From Raillietiella orientalis (taxonomy: Eukaryota): DNA of 64,000 nt. The translations under genes and the position numbers were made by a program. The stretch spans positions 2,480,001-2,544,000 of the forward strand of contig JAYWIR010000003.1 in assembly GCA_036172245.1 (NCBI GenBank). The letters are read 5' to 3'. The notes under the pieces were generated by a model that was not told the origin of the DNA, ran no database searches, and saw only the letters and a list, made by a program, of their open reading frames with translations. Position 1 is the first letter of the stretch. Each line of letters starts with the position of its first letter. Of this stretch, positions 13,780 through 26,999 are shown in pieces.

Positions 13780-16400
13780 GGTCCGAGAAGAAGAAGAAAA
13801 AAAGAAGAAAAAAAAAACTCCTCGAGCCTCGAGATCCCGAGGAAGCCGAAGGAAGCTGAAGTGCAACGTGGCACGGCGTGTCTTTGTAGCAGATGTTTGC
13901 AAAGATGTCAGCAGAAGCATGAGGCTGAACGACTCTGCGGCTTTGCGCCACTCGTGAAAGTCTCGCTGCACCTGTTGGTTCCGGGAGATGCCCAGAGATG
14001 ACAGCACTGACTAACAGTTGGAAGCATTCGATGGATTCGGGAGACGCAGGTGGGCCACCAATCCGGAAGCCAACACCCCTCCTCCGAGGCCGAAGAGCCG
14101 AGCACTCGACCGCGCCACGAACTATATTTAAAAAGGATTCCCAAAGTCAAAGCAGGAAGAAGGAAAAAAAAAAAAGAAAAAAAGACAGTTCTAAAACCAC
14201 TGGAAGCCTGCGTTTTTCGGAAGCTGGGATTTTCGATCTCTGCCTCTCCAGTTGGGTCGTCTCACCGGTTCTCCTTCTTCCCCGAACAGACGAGTTTCTC
14301 CGAACGCACAAAGTGACACCCTTCTCGGTTGATGTTCACGAGGAGCTTTTTTTAACCCGTCACATGGGAAATCCAGTAAAAGCGTCTCTTCGAAGAAGAC
14401 ACCGCAAGAGCTGAGCGTTCACTTTGGTTCCAGACTCTGCTGACGAATGCCGGAGCCCAATTTCGGGACAGACGGGAAAGAAGGAAAAAGGAAAGCGTCA
14501 CCAGGAAGCAGACTCGCGTCGCCAGGGTACGGAATTGCCTGCCGAAGGGCGGGGGCGGAAGCGTCTGTCCTTCGTCCCGCCTGTCCTCCGTTCCACTAGG
14601 AGGAACCCCCGCTCCCGCCGGCATCCTTGGTCACTCCGTTCTGGAAGAGCAGATGCCGGCTGGCCAAAAGCGCGCTCGGGTCATCTCGGTGCTCTCCACA
14701 TGGTTCGGCCCGTCTTTTGGAGCTCCTCAAGTGCACGCGACGCTCTCCTTGTATACCTCGCGACTGCCAGCCGTGCGCTGCTGGTAGCGAAGAGCTCCAA
14801 TGCAGAACCTCAAGCCGAAAGGAAAAGAAAGAAAACCGCCCTGGGGCTCCCGTTTAATTGATTCCCAGAGTCCTTCCGCGTTTTCTTGGAGATTATCTCG
14901 TAACAAATGGGCCGCTACTGACTCAAGAACAGCATACGTGACTCGCGTGGGGAAGAGGAATGGTGACATCGCAGAAGGAAGTCGCAATAAAATGACCTAC
15001 AGACCATTAGGGCTGCTGAAAACCCTCTTTTCGCCGGTCCTCAGCGAGCAAAGTGCAGAGGAAATGTCAAAGTACGAGTTTCCAGCAGGGAGCAGGCGAC
15101 TTTCCAGAGTGCCTGCACCTGCGGATGGTGAAAAAAATAAAAAAAATAAAATAAGATAAAATAAACTGCGCAAGGGGTTTTCTATTAAAAAAACATCAAT
15201 TTCCCGGAACCCTTTTTAAGAAGCAGCGAGGGGCAGCTGCTCAAAGAACTGCAAAACTCTTCACATGAATCCTCTTGATGAAGATTTACGAGTTCAGAAT
15301 GTAAAGACCCGCAAAGACAAAGATTTCTGCGGAAGTTTTTCCCCGGGACAACGCGGAAACTTGCGGATGGCGGCAGACACCCTCTCGGTGGGTTCGCCCC
15401 GGGTGCCTCGAATGCGCGCGCTGCGACTAGGAGGGCGAAGGGAGGGGGAGGGAGGAATGCTTCCGCCCACAGCCCAAAGAGGGCACCACGAGTGTGCCAA
15501 GTTTCCGAAGCGAACGGGAGGGGGAGGGAGGAGGAAGCGGAAGCTTGTTACGGGGAGGAAGAGAATCAAGCAGATGCTGGACTTTGATTTCGAATTGGCT
15601 CTTTTCCTTCTTTTATCGATACGTGCGAGCTAATGTTCTGTAGATGCACACCTCGATTCGATTTCCTTACAGTAGCGTGCCTGCAGGCCATCAACGCTCG
15701 TAACTTAGATTGGTCAAATTAACAACATGCCTCCGAGTTGAAATTAAGGATGACAAAAAAAAAAAGAAGAAGGAGAAAAAAAGTCTGGATCTGGCGCCGT
15801 ACCGAAGATCGAAGGTGTTTGTCGATTCGGTGCCGCTGAAAGCCGCGTCGGAACAGCTCGCCAGAGGCGGCGTGAGATTACGCGACCAGAAGACGCGCGC
15901 ATCCAAGTGTGGAAGCGAAAACAAACAAAACCGTCCACTTCCTCCTCCGAGAAACGGTTCCTCTCTAGGATGCTCCATCTCTTGCAGCGAAAATCTCTCG
16001 CACCGTCTTGCACCGTCTTGGGAGTTCGCGGAGTTCCTCCTCGCGAAACGAGAGACGTGGAGGGCTCTTGTGCCAGAGGCAGTCAGAACCAGCGATGTGA
16101 GCCGCTGCACGCAGCTGCCACGAGCCACAAACAGCAACTTAGGTCGCTTGAGCGGAAAAGGAGTCCGGAAGAAGCAGCGAACGCCAGCGTGCGGGCGAAG
16201 CCCCCAAATTCAGATGGGGGTACGAGCTGGGCACGTGTCGACATCTTGCGACACTCGTAAACGGGGAGTTTGCAAGTAGAAGCGGCGACCCACAGATGTC
16301 ACACCCGAGCGTGAACTGCGAAATGAGTGCGCGCGGAGGCATCGCATGGCGTATTCCCCCCCCCCCCCACACACACACACAAACAAACACAAACACACCC
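13780..16400 (+). mobile_element. Fossil CR1-like ORF2, copy F (linker to C-terminal region)
   Basis: RKLKCNVAR..CKDVSRSMR (KAxLELNLAR..YKYVSSKR); VTPFWK..LGSSR (VTPIFKK..PGNYR, ORF 14627); LIDSQ..YVTRVG..GDI..EEMSKYEF (ORF 14800); GHHECAKFPKRTGG (GIECTLSKFADDTKLGG, ORF 15265); VFVDS..LAPSWEFAEF..RATNSNLG (ORF 15710). Confidence 0.7.
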
Positions 16401-16419
16401 CTAGGTCTCACTCTACGAA

Positions 16420-17500
16420 ATGGAAACAGCGACTTTTGGGCGAAAGTGCGCGCGCGCCTCTGCCCTGTCATGCAAGCTTTCACCAGGCCGTTGTAAACAC
16501 GGGCCGGAACACAAAAAGGCGCCACACTTTTCAAACGCTGCTCCTTGTTTCAGAACGAAAATAAAGTCCCCAACCCGCAAATGTTTGCGGAACGCTGCCG
16601 GGACTCTCCTTTACGCTTTCGAAACGGCGTCTTTTGAACTAAAGGATTCGGATGGGTCGCATCTCTTCCACCTCGGAGCGATTCGAGACGCTCTCCGAGA
16701 TCCCGGCTGCAGCGGATGAACAGCAGCGCTCTGCGTGCAGAAGAAGGACCGCTGCCGCGCGCATCCCGGATCATCGCACGCGTGGAGGCTCATGCATGCG
16801 TGTACACACATCTGTTGCGAAGAAAGCGTGTGCATTCGCTTACTGCTAGGCGTGTACGCAGCGCAGCAGCAGCAGATGTGCAGCTCATCGATTCGCAGAA
16901 AGAACACATCGTAGAAGAAGTGAAAAATTCACCCGGAAAGGCGAGGCGCCAGCGAATCTGTCATCCGCTAAAACAGCAATCGGTGCTCTTCCTAGTTAGC
17001 AGGCGTGTTTACGAAAAGCGGGAAGCAGAGCACGGTTTCCCAGCAACACGGATCAGACAAAGCCCTGTTTTCCTTTCCTTGGGAGAAATGTTTATTTGCG
17101 AAGCGCGGTAATCATACACAGTCCGATGCGCATCGAGCAATAAATCTTGATCGGCCGAAGGAGCATTCTCTTTCTCCTCTTCTCTGAAGAAGTCCATTTA
17201 CTGCCACGGCAGCGTCTCTCTGCGCATTTGTTTACAAAATGGTGTTTGCCCCGATCGAGGGCTTCTGCGAGCACACACACTCTGCACCGCCCCGGATCCC
17301 CCGAGAGGCACCCAACGGGGAACGGCATCTGCGGTAGCGAAGATCCCGCGTCGGCAGGTCCCCGCCGCAGGATCGCAGTTTCCACAAGATCCGCACCGTT
17401 CCGAGCGTGTCCACCGAGGATCCACGGCTCGCCCCGCCCCGCAGGCGTAGGCGGTACGCGGAATCCCTCTGACTTTCCAAAGGCGCACCGTAATGTTTAT
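16420..17500 (+). mobile_element. Fossil CR1-like ORF2 fragment G (endonuclease only)
   Basis: AFTRP ~16478 (xYRPP); DVQLIDSQKEHIVEEVK..RICHPLKQQSVLFLV in ORF 16716 (DLLLTNREELVGDVK..LGCSDHEMVEFxI). Fewer anchors than the other copies. Confidence 0.45.
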
Positions 17501-17539
17501 ATGCGTGCTTCGACCCCCTCCCTCCCTGGAAAAAAAAAA

Positions 17540-20500
17540 AAATTCTCCTGAGGGAGACCTTTGTGCTGAAGGGAAATTTATATGTAGGTCTCATTTTATC
17601 GATGCCGCCTGGAGGAAAAGCACGGGCCTCTTTAATTTTCCAGTGGACGCTCTTAGACAATTACCCGAGATCGCAGGAGCGGTCACGGATTTGTGCTCCG
17701 CCATCCCGGGATCACACGGCAAGCGTTCGAACCATCGATTGCTCCGCCACGAGGATGGTTCTCCAGGCGAGCTGAAGTGGCCACCGAGGGTTCGCCACAC
17801 GACGGTTCTCCGGATCCACCCCGAGCAATCCCCGGCAGAGAGCAGAAACCCACATCTGACAAGGTCGCTGTTCGGACGGCGCATCCGAGTTCCTCTCCTC
17901 GCGTTCGCTCGCGTGAATCTTCCGCAAGCCACACTCTGATGCTGTGCTCCTGAGGGCAGCTCATGCCGTGGAAGCGTCCGTTGCGCGGGACCTCTCCCTG
18001 GCTCATGGATTCATTGCAGTTTTCTTTAATTTCCCGACAGCGCGCATTCCAATACTGCATTTTAAATTTACATTTCTGATGTGCGTGGGTGGCTGAAACC
18101 TAAGAAGACGAGCGCGCTCAAATCCAACAGCAGCTCCGTTAGTTAGTGACGGGAGAACTGGCAAACGCTCGAAGATCTCTCGTTCCAGAATATATATATA
18201 TATATATATATGTAAATATAAAGGAAGAAACGCTCACTCCACGTTGCTGCTAAAGAGCTCTCTTCGGACGAAGCGACGCGTCGATGGCTCAGCGTTCAGG
18301 AGCAATAATCTCTCTCCTGAATACAACCGCATCATCTGGAGCGATAAATCAACACAAAACCCGCGATGGCTTCAACGAGGTCGAGTCGCCCGAGTCCACT
18401 TTGCATGGTAATCACAAGACCAGCCTCCGTGTAAAGGCCGTACCCCATGCCGCGCAGGGACCACGGACGGAAACGCTGCTACCACGATGCGAGCGAGGGC
18501 GCATAGACGGGGTCGTTCCCAGTGGTCGTAGGGAACGCGCTGTGCTCCTGCAACCATCCCGCTCTTCGGCGAGTCATCGACATTCCGCGGTTGTTTCCCG
18601 GCACGATTTCTTAGGCAACCTTTTTCGGGTGCAGCGACGGAGCCGCGAATTCCAGGCCTTGGGCGATGCACACTCTCAGCGTTTCTTCGCCAGCCTCAAG
18701 CCACACTCCTGCGCATGAATTCCGAGCACTCGCGGTGACCTCGCAGTGGCCATTTCTCATATCATTTTTCTCGAAAGTACGATTAGTCGGGTGGAGGACG
18801 GACAGGACCAGCCGATGAGCAAGAGCCCAGATTTCGGGGGGAAACAAAAAAAGGATAGCATCCCCACAGCATCCGGCATCGCTGAAACGTTTCCGCGCTC
18901 GTCTCCGTCTCCCCCGCCGAAATCTACCGGGAGGCTGCGAGGAATCACCGTACGAGGGAAAACAAATAAGGGCGTCGTCCATTAAACTCTGAGGGAAGGC
19001 CCTCTTGCAGATTACGAGGCAAGTGGGAATCCCATCACCGAAGAAACAAGCGGGGAGCTGATCTCCGAGGGCGAAGCCCTGGACCCCATCCTCTCTGCCA
19101 CGGCGGAAGCATTCTTTTTCCGAGAGCCCGTGGGACCCCTGTCGACACCCAAAGAAGAATTCGCCTGCTAAGCCACCTCTCGCGCTGCCCTGGACCACTG
19201 AGTGATGGGTCTGCCGATGGGGAAGGCGCAGCGACCCCTTCGAGAACACGCGAGGATTCGCGTCCAGGTAGGCATCAGCCCTGGGCTGCTCCCGGGGGAT
19301 GGATGCGAAGCCCGGCAGTTCCAGGGTGGAAGGGAGCCGAAGGCTCGCGACTCCTTTTCGAAACGATCAAAAGATTCCCTAAGGGATCGGACGCGAGCGG
19401 GGGAAGAGTGCGAATGGCAGGAGCGAATCGCCCGGCCTCATCCGTTTAATCCGGGAAATTCCGGCGGGAAGCTTCGACTCCCGTCGCCGCGAGCGCGCGC
19501 GTCTCTCCGTCGGGAGCGACCGAGAGCGACACGTGCGACCCTCAGCTCGGCGATCGCGGACCCGATGACGCGATGGAAACTGCGCGGCGAAAGAACGCAG
19601 CACCCTTTCCCCCACCCCCCCACGAACGGCGCGCACCCCCCCGAAGGCGAATTTGAATCCGCACCCACGGGAGCGTTTGTCTCCGACGGGACCTTCATCC
19701 AGCGCGCTGCTTCTGCTCTGCAGAGGACGCATTCCATTTCTCAGTTCGCGAAAGGCATCCATCAACCTCCAGGAGGAAGATTGGCGCGATGGTACCGTCG
19801 ACATGGAATTCAATTAAATAAATACATATTCGCCCCCCAAAATTAAGCGAACAATAAATTCCCATGCGAGTTCAAGACGTTCGAAAGTAAATAAAAATTG
19901 AGTGTTTGATTTACGGGGGAAAAGCGACTGCTGGCTTTTTCCATGGCAACGGAAATTGCTGCATAATGAACCAGGAGACTTTTCAGATGAAATTTCCTTG
20001 TTTCACCCAGAGGAAATTCAGGACTCTCCGGCGCTCGGCCGGATGGTGAGGAGGAGAAGCAGCAGAGGGACAGAAAGGAAAATTATGGGTGTTGGATGAT
20101 CTGCACCGGAATCCAATTAATGCGCAGACCCGAGGCACCGCGCCAGCCAGAGGGCGACGCGATCCAGCGGCGGCACGTTATAGAGTCATTAACGATCATC
20201 GGTCAAGGATTGTTGATTGCTTTCCGGCCTGCTTAGCACTCTGCGATGGAAACGTCCGTGCGGCGGCGGCGACGCGCGTTCGTGACCTCTCTCCTGCCCG
20301 CCGCGGAAGCCAGCGGCCATCCTGTCTTCGGCATGCTCCGCTGGCTGCCGCTCTCTCCCTCTCTCTTGCGCGGAGAGGCGGCCCCGCGAAGCCGCGACCC
20401 CTGGCCGCGCGCAGCCGGACGACCGACGCTTGTCCTTTGGGGTGCGCGCGCGCTCTTCCATCCTTGCGAAGCGTCCTCCCCCCCCTGGCGGACCCGTCCC

Positions 20501-20900
20501 GGCGGGAGAGAGCGGATTCCCAACGCCGGAGCCGTCGTTCGCGACCAGATGCCGGGAGGCGTCCCGAACACCGCGGCGCAGGGAAGGGGATCGTTCCGCG
20601 GGGCGGAAGTGACCCCCGCGCGTCCGGGAAGCGTCCCCGGCTGGGCAGCCCGCTCCCGCGAGTCGCCGCAGAGGCAGCGTGCGGTTCCCCACGGCGACGA
20701 TTCGCCTCCTGGCAGCTTGGGAGCGGGGACGGCAGCGAATGAGCGTTCCGCCTCCGCTCCGCTCTCTCGGCGCTCGACGCGCGCCGGGAGGAATCCAGCC
20801 GACGCCGCCTCGCGGCGCGCGAAAGATCGGGCTTCCCCCGAGCAGACACCTCCCGACCGGATTCCCCGAACGGGGAAGAGGCGAGATCCCGATTTCGATG
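17540..20900 (+). mobile_element. Fossil CR1-like ORF2, copy H (endonuclease through RT)
   Basis: GNLYVGLILSMPPG (GDIVVGVCYRPP, ORF 17563); VDALRQL..TDLC..HGKRSNHRLL..EDGS..WPPR (ORF 17493); SRHDFLGNLFRVQ (SWLIFKDHLLRAQ); gggtggaggacggacag ~18789 (WKQGQ); SGELISE..AEAFF ~19050; FNPGN (DPGN); DGTVDM ~19788; FKTFES ~19871 (SKAFD); PEGDAIQR 20147-20170. Confidence 0.7.
18190..18211. repeat. (AT)n microsatellite
   Basis: About 11 AT units, seen directly. Confidence 0.95.
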
Positions 20901-21049
20901 CCACCGTGGTACTTTCTCGAATTTCCCTCCCCCTCCAGCCCGGCTTCCCTGCCGAACGATTCCGAATCGCCGAACGCCCTCGATCGCTCCCCCGCTCAAA
21001 GAGACGGAAAAAAAAAAAAAGCAGGCATCCATGATAACGGAGGGCCTCG

Positions 21050-24000
21050 AGCTGACTTTATAAGCCGCCATCCCGGTGGGGAGCCGAAAGACGCCCTCGG
21101 GCTATTTCAGGAATCGGGGAGGCGTACCCGTCTCTCTCCGGGTCTGCGCTTCGACTGCTGGGCGAGCGTCGTGCCCTGGCAACCGGAATCAGCCAGCGGG
21201 ATGCTCGTTCCTGGCTCGCTCGAGGTGCGGAGGAGTGGAACGCCTCGGATGCGACCGCTGGCCACCGGCAGTTTCCCCCGCAACCATCTCGGACTCGAGG
21301 CCTCCGAAAGGGGAAGCAGGGAAAGCGCGCGGGGCATGAGCGGCCACCGGTCGGGGCTAGGGGTCAGAGCGACCTTAAGTCTCGGCTCTGACCGCGTGTT
21401 CCCTCTACTGCCAGGAAGATCTCTCTCCAAGCGGGTTTCGTCGCTGCCTTGTCGCCTGCAGCGTCGAGGAGAGGATGCGGGAGGAACACCGATGCCGCCT
21501 CTGCAGTCAGGGGGCAAAGGGAAGATGCCGCTGTGGCCCTCCGCGTCCCGCACAGGAAGAAGCCGTATGCGTAAATCCGATCGCGGAGCGCGTCCTGATT
21601 GGCCGGTCCACCCGGTTCACGGCCTCACTATCCATCACGACAAGGGAGGAAACGGGAGAAAAGAAACGGTCTCGGACGGCAAGCGACGGAAGCACGGGAG
21701 ATTCAGGAGGAAACCATCCGCTCAAGGGAGCACGGAGCATAGATCGGCCCGGCGCTCATCCCTGCCGCAAAGCGACGCATCCGGTGATTGACGGGTCCAG
21801 CAGGCTCAGCTTCTGTTAGAAAGGTGCCGCGATCCTCTCTTGCGGGATGGGGACACCACGCGATGGGCCACCTTGCCCTGCGGAAAGGGGAGCGCTCAGC
21901 GGGCATCTCTCAGTATCCGCTCGTTCGTCCTGGAGAGTTCCGGAAGCGCATGCGTCATTCGCTCTGATGACGCCAGGGAGACGGGTGTGACTGACGCCCA
22001 CGTGGCGGGCGTGCCGCGTACGCACACCAAGGAGAGCATAGATCCCATCCCATTCACGCTCCCATCAGAGCTGTCCCCATGGTATCGCCTCCACCTCGGA
22101 CTGGTCTGCAGGTAGGCAGCAGCTGGGGGGCTACACAGCCAGAAGTTCCGGGGAGGGGGGAGGGAGAAGAGGGAAGAACCCGCGACCTTCCCGAAGTCTC
22201 CGAAGGTCTCCGAAGAGGCGAACGCACGCACGGGTCTCGCATCCCGCGCAGGAGCTTTTTTTTTTGCCCTTTCCACCGAGTGGACTTCTCCGTACCCAGG
22301 AGCATCTCCAGGGCGTCGCACGTGGCAGCCGGGATCGAAGAAGCTGCGAGCATCGCGGGAGCTTCCCTGTCTCAACGTGACCGACTAAGCCGCCACGTTT
22401 CGGGCGGAGACGCGGCCATCTGGTGGTCCGTGCCGCCAACTTCCTCGCTGCTAGCTCCCTTCCGATCCACGCACGCCGCCTCTTCCCTTCCCATTCTTTT
22501 TCTTTTTTTTTTTCCGAGAGCCCCAAAGCGGGCGAGCTAGGTTTCTGGGCAGCCGAGTGAACCGGGGGAAGGATCGATGCGCGCGCAAACCGAACGAGCA
22601 GACATGATTGGGCTGCGTGATTGTTACCATGGTACTCCTGGAGGGGAAAATTTCCCGGCGAATAACCGATGCTCCAGGATGATGGATGGAAACCACGGGA
22701 GGCGTTCGATCTTTCGTGAACTTGGGCAAGCTGGGGAGGAAAAACTCGGTGGTTCGAGGCGGCTACCGTAGCTGCCGAGGAGAGCAGCCCGATCGCGTGC
22801 CGGTGACGTCATGAGGAGAGCAGCCCGATCGCGTGCCGGTGACGTCATGAGGAGAGAACCCCGGTCCTTTTTTCCCTGCGGTGTGTAGAGGCGCAAGAGG
22901 AGCAGCACCCACGCTCCCCCTTCGCCTCTGGTCCGGAAGAAGAGACCCCTCTCGGTTTCTTTCCGGAATATGCCCGCCCCGGATCGCGGATTCTGCCCGC
23001 GCGCCGGCAGGCCCTGGGTTCCCCGGCGGCGCTTCCACGAGATGAAGGAAAGGGGGGTGAGGTGGGGCGGGAAGAGGTAGGCAGAGCGCTGCGCACCTCC
23101 CGTGCACGTGCCGGAGAACGAAACTGTTTTGATGTCCCAGTGACCGCGACCCGTTAAAGCCGTCTGCGCATCATATAACCCCCATCAGGTCGTAAAACCT
23201 CAAGGTAGAAGGTCACTCTGAAGAGCAGCTCCGGCTTTACAGCTGCAATTCCTCCCGCCGAAGAGAGAAAGTGAGGGAGAAGCACATTGTTTGCTGATTG
23301 CATAAAAAACATGCTGCAATTCTTGCGCGCCGGTACCTACGGCACTGTAGACAATAAGCGCAGGAAGAGAGGAGGTCGCCGCTCCGTGATGGTCATGCGA
23401 TGCGCTCTTTACGGCGATGGCCATCATAAACGGATCGTAAAAGGAGAGGGAGAGAGTGAGGGGGAAAAAAAAAAAAAGGCCTGGAGCTCGCCTGCGTCTT
23501 CCAGGACGCAGGAAGAAGAAACCGCCCATGGCAGACACCCGAGTTGCTCAAAGTGGACCGAACGTGCTGCTTCTGCTGCTGCTGTTGTTGAGAAAGAGCT
23601 GTGCTGATCTTTTCGCTCTTCCCTCCTGAGCCGGCGGCTCTCCCAGAGCAGGGAGGAGGCGACGCAGACGCAGGCGCCAGGTAACGACCCTTAGGAACTT
23701 CCTTTTTTTTTTTAAGGGGAGTAGGAAGGGGCCGGGTGGTCAGGAACGGGTGCGCGGTGTGCTTCGTCGCTCCCTCCATTCAACCACTCCCCATTCCGCC
23801 CCGCAATGCATTTCGAATCCGTCCCTAGAACCCTGGGGCAGGGGCTGGGACGACCACTCGCTGTCATTTGGCTCCGCGTGGCCGTGGGGGTTTTCCTTCC
23901 GCCCTCCCCTTCGCCCGCGATCCCGAAGACTCGGATGCAAAGGAACAGGTGCGTCTTGGGGCCGCCTCCAGGCGGTGATGTCCCCACTCTTCGGACATCT

Positions 24001-24480
24001 TTCCCTGTTCCCTCCCTCTCCCGGATCTTCTCCCCGACAATGGAAGAGGGACGCGAAGAACGGATACGTCCGGCGGGACCAAATGTTCCGAAGGCACAAC
24101 TCTGACGGTCGTCGGTAATGAAAGGAGCAAGGAAGGATGGACGATTCGTGGCCACCGAAGGCACGGCTGCCTCGGGGTTCTTCCTCCGCGAGGTCAGCTT
24201 CCTCCCTCGCCCGACGGACACGACGCAAGAGAGGCGCCAGCAGCAGCCGGAGACCTTCGTGCCCAGAGGGGGGAAGGAGGGAGGACGCGCACGCGTCTGC
24301 TCCCAGGGTTCCAAGAAAGGCAACTCGAACGGTGCCAGCGGCGGTGGTTTTCCTGCGAAGAGCATCTCCGGCCAGCCGCGCCGCCTATTCCCCGAGAGGA
24401 CCGCGCCCCTGCTTGCCGCCATCCACGGGAAGGGAAGGGAGAACAATTCCTCCTCCCGTCTCTCCCTCCGCCTCGCGAGC
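21050..24480 (+). mobile_element. Fossil CR1-like ORF2, copy I (linker to C-terminus)
   Basis: DALGLFQESGR..VVPWQ..RPDW (ADFGLF..VPWE..RPAW, ORF 20679); RTHTKESIDP (RKTKENVGP); YHGTPGGENFPAN..MMDGN..IFRELGQA (QHGF..VDxG..YLDFSKA, ORF 22577); FADCIK..GTVDN..EKEL (FADDTK..GxVD..EKDL, ORF 23287); MEEGREERIRPAG (LEHLSYEERLRELG); KGARKDG..PTDTTQ (KGxxKDG..PSDRTR). Confidence 0.75.
22777..22856. repeat. Perfect 36-bp tandem duplication (2 copies plus 8 bp) containing the CRE palindrome TGACGTCA
   Basis: gaggagagcagcccgatcgcgtgccggtgacgtcat at 22777-22812 and 22813-22848, then gaggagag. No spacer between units. Confidence 0.97.
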
Positions 24481-24589
24481 CCGTCCGTCTCCCGGAGTTC
24501 CCGCTCCGGCTAATGGGCGACGGGAGATTAAAACTTTTCCTATTCATCTTCGCTTCGTCTCCCGAGCGCAGAGATGCGGCAGCATCCCG

Positions 24590-26780
24590 GCGTGGACCCG
24601 GATTGCATGACGGATCGGCTCGTAAATCGGCATCCGCGTTCATTAAGGACGGCTCCCTCCGCAGCGGCGCGAGCAGCGGCGCTGAAAGGGGTAACAGGGA
24701 CCCCCGCCGGTGGGACGGAGAGGCCGCGGGGGTGCTCCGGCCGTTCTCTGGACGGAGCGAGCGGGCGATCAGGGAAGAGCCGGCAGCGGCGGCGCTCGGA
24801 GGCGCAGGGCACCGCGCGCGTCCTAGCGCGCCGGCGCGGAAACAAAGGCCGCCCATCTGTGGGGAAGCCATCTGCTCGTTGCCATGGAGAGGGGGAGGGC
24901 GAGAGAAAGAGAGAGGGAGGAGGAAAGGAGCGTTCTCCCTCTTTTTGTTCTTCCTCTCTTCGCCGAAGGTAGGCGGAGGGTTAGCGGACGCGTCCCCCTG
25001 CGCAAGGCCGCTGCGATCCGATAGGCCGAGGTGCGCACGGGCGCGAGCGACGGCGAAGGCAGGGACGGACGAACGGAGACTGGGCGGTCAAAGTGGGGGG
25101 CAGGAGACCAAAGGGGAGGAGGAAAGGAGGCAATTGAGAGGTCGGGAGGCCACCTCTGCTGAAAGACGGGAGGCGAACCCGGCCGCCGCATCTCCCGACC
25201 ACCCCCTACGACCCTTTTCGTCACATTCCCCCCCGGTTTTCTGCGGGTGCAGCCCACGAGGCGTGATTCATCGAATCTCCTCCGCGTATCCTGGCAAACT
25301 TTCCGATAGGATGATCAGATTGATGAAGTCATTATCGCAGCCGCTCGAGCGCGCCACCGCCTGCAGGAGGAGGCGGAAGGCTCACACGCCGGCGGCGGCG
25401 AAGGCAGCGGACTGCAGGAATTTCGGCGGCGCGCCGTGGCCGCAAAGTCACGTTTTTTCGTCTTTCTCGGCCCGCCTGTTTCCCTCCGTTTCCTCTGGAG
25501 CAGAGAAAGGCGGGAAGCGGGCGCACCTCCGACGTGCGAGCGTATCCAGGAGACCGGCCCTTCCGCGCGCCAGTGGTTCATCGCGGACTATGCTTCGCAC
25601 CCATGGAAGCGCGCGCCGCAATCGAGGCTGGACTGTCGATATCCTGGGGGCTGCCGCCTGGACCGCGGGCAGGAGAAGGGTAGCAGTTGCTCGGATCTCC
25701 CCCCCCCCCCGCGCACCATTTTTCCTCAACGGACCCGCGGGCGCTCGTCCGGGCTCCAGCGCGATCGGTCGTAGATCCTGCGCAGATTCAACGCGCGCGT
25801 TCCACTCACTCCCTCGAGGGCGCTCGCAGAGAGGCGGCAGTGCCGGAGGCATCCAGGAAGAGGCGAGATGAGAAGGAAGAGCTCCAGACCCCGTGTCCCG
25901 GAGACGGCAGCGGAACGCCAGCCGCGTGGTTGAAAGCGTAGTTTTCTAACTGGTAGGAGAAGAAGGAGCAGGAGATAAAGACAAAGGGGAGGAGGAGGAA
26001 TGAGGGAAGGCGACGGTGAGCAGGGAATGCTGAGCTGCAGAGGAGAATAGGAGGAGGAAGAAGAACAGGGGAGCAAAGACATTGAGGAAGAAGATGAAGG
26101 CGATGCTGATAAGAAAGGATGAAAGAGCAAGTCGACACGAGAATGATGATGGGTAGGAATCTGAGGCTGGTGATGATGATGAGGATGAGGAGGAGGAAAA
26201 GAAGGAAGAGTGAAGCAACAGAAAGACGGAAGCAAACACAAGGATGACGAGGTACAGAGGTGAGAGAAGACGAAGGTGTGGAGAAAGAAAAATGGAGAAA
26301 GAAGATGTGGATGCTAATCATGATGATGATGAGAAGGAGGAGGATGAATTGGAACGGGAGGAGAATGATTGGCGACAGGGAAGAAACAGGGCAGTGGAAA
26401 ACCAGGAGGAAAGGTGCGGCGCCATAAAGAACGCCACCTCCTCTTCCTCGCCGGAGGAGAAGATGACCGGGAAGGAGTCGCTCCCGTTGCAGCTCGTCCT
26501 CCATTCTGTCCTCGCGCGCGCAGCTTCCGCGGGAGCATGCGGGGGTGTCGCCGCGCGAATGAGTGAGACGGCATTCCCCCGAACGCCTTCCCTCCCCGAC
26601 CTCGGCGACGTCCTTCTAGGGAGAGGGCACACGCCACCAGCCTGTTTTACGGGGAAGGGGGTCAGCACGTGTCCTTTGCTGGAGATTCCTTTCAGGAGGC
26701 GGCACTGCTTATTCTGACGGCGGGAGCCATCGTCAGGAGGGAACGAGGAGGGAATGGCGTTCTTGGGAGCCTGGAGGAGG
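24590..26780 (+). mobile_element. Fossil CR1-like ORF2, copy J (RT to C-terminus), interrupted by a purine-rich repeat at ~25950-26400
   Basis: ORF 24513: RWDGEAAGV (VDEGxAVDV), QPLERATACRR (xLEGRxAIQR), VDILG..AGRRRV (NGILG..ASRSREV). After the insert: VENQEERC..SPEEKMTG (LEHLSYEERL..SLEKRRLRG). Confidence 0.55.
25950..26400 (+). repeat. Purine-rich degenerate (GAG/GAA/GAT)n acidic repeat block
   Basis: Low-complexity GA-rich tract. It shares catgatgatgat(gat)gagaaggaggagga (26319-26344) with the block at 59089-59117. Confidence 0.85.
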
Positions 26781-26999
26781 CGGAGGGTGCTGCGTGCTTG
26801 CGTGCGTGCGTGTAAAGCGTCCGATTAGACAAAGGCGCGAAACAGGGGAGGAGGAAGGGGGAGGAAAATGGCGAATGCGTCCCTCCTCCTTCCCCTTCTC
26901 CACCTCCCCCCTTCCTTCTTTTTTTTTTTTTTTTCCTTTTTCCTTCCCTCTCGTAGGGAAGGGGCGCAACCGGGAAGAATATCGACCCGTAGAAAGGGA

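Noticed and set aside
22777..22856. CRISPR-like 36-bp repeat
   Set aside because: The units are adjacent with no spacers, the context is eukaryotic, and there are no cas genes.
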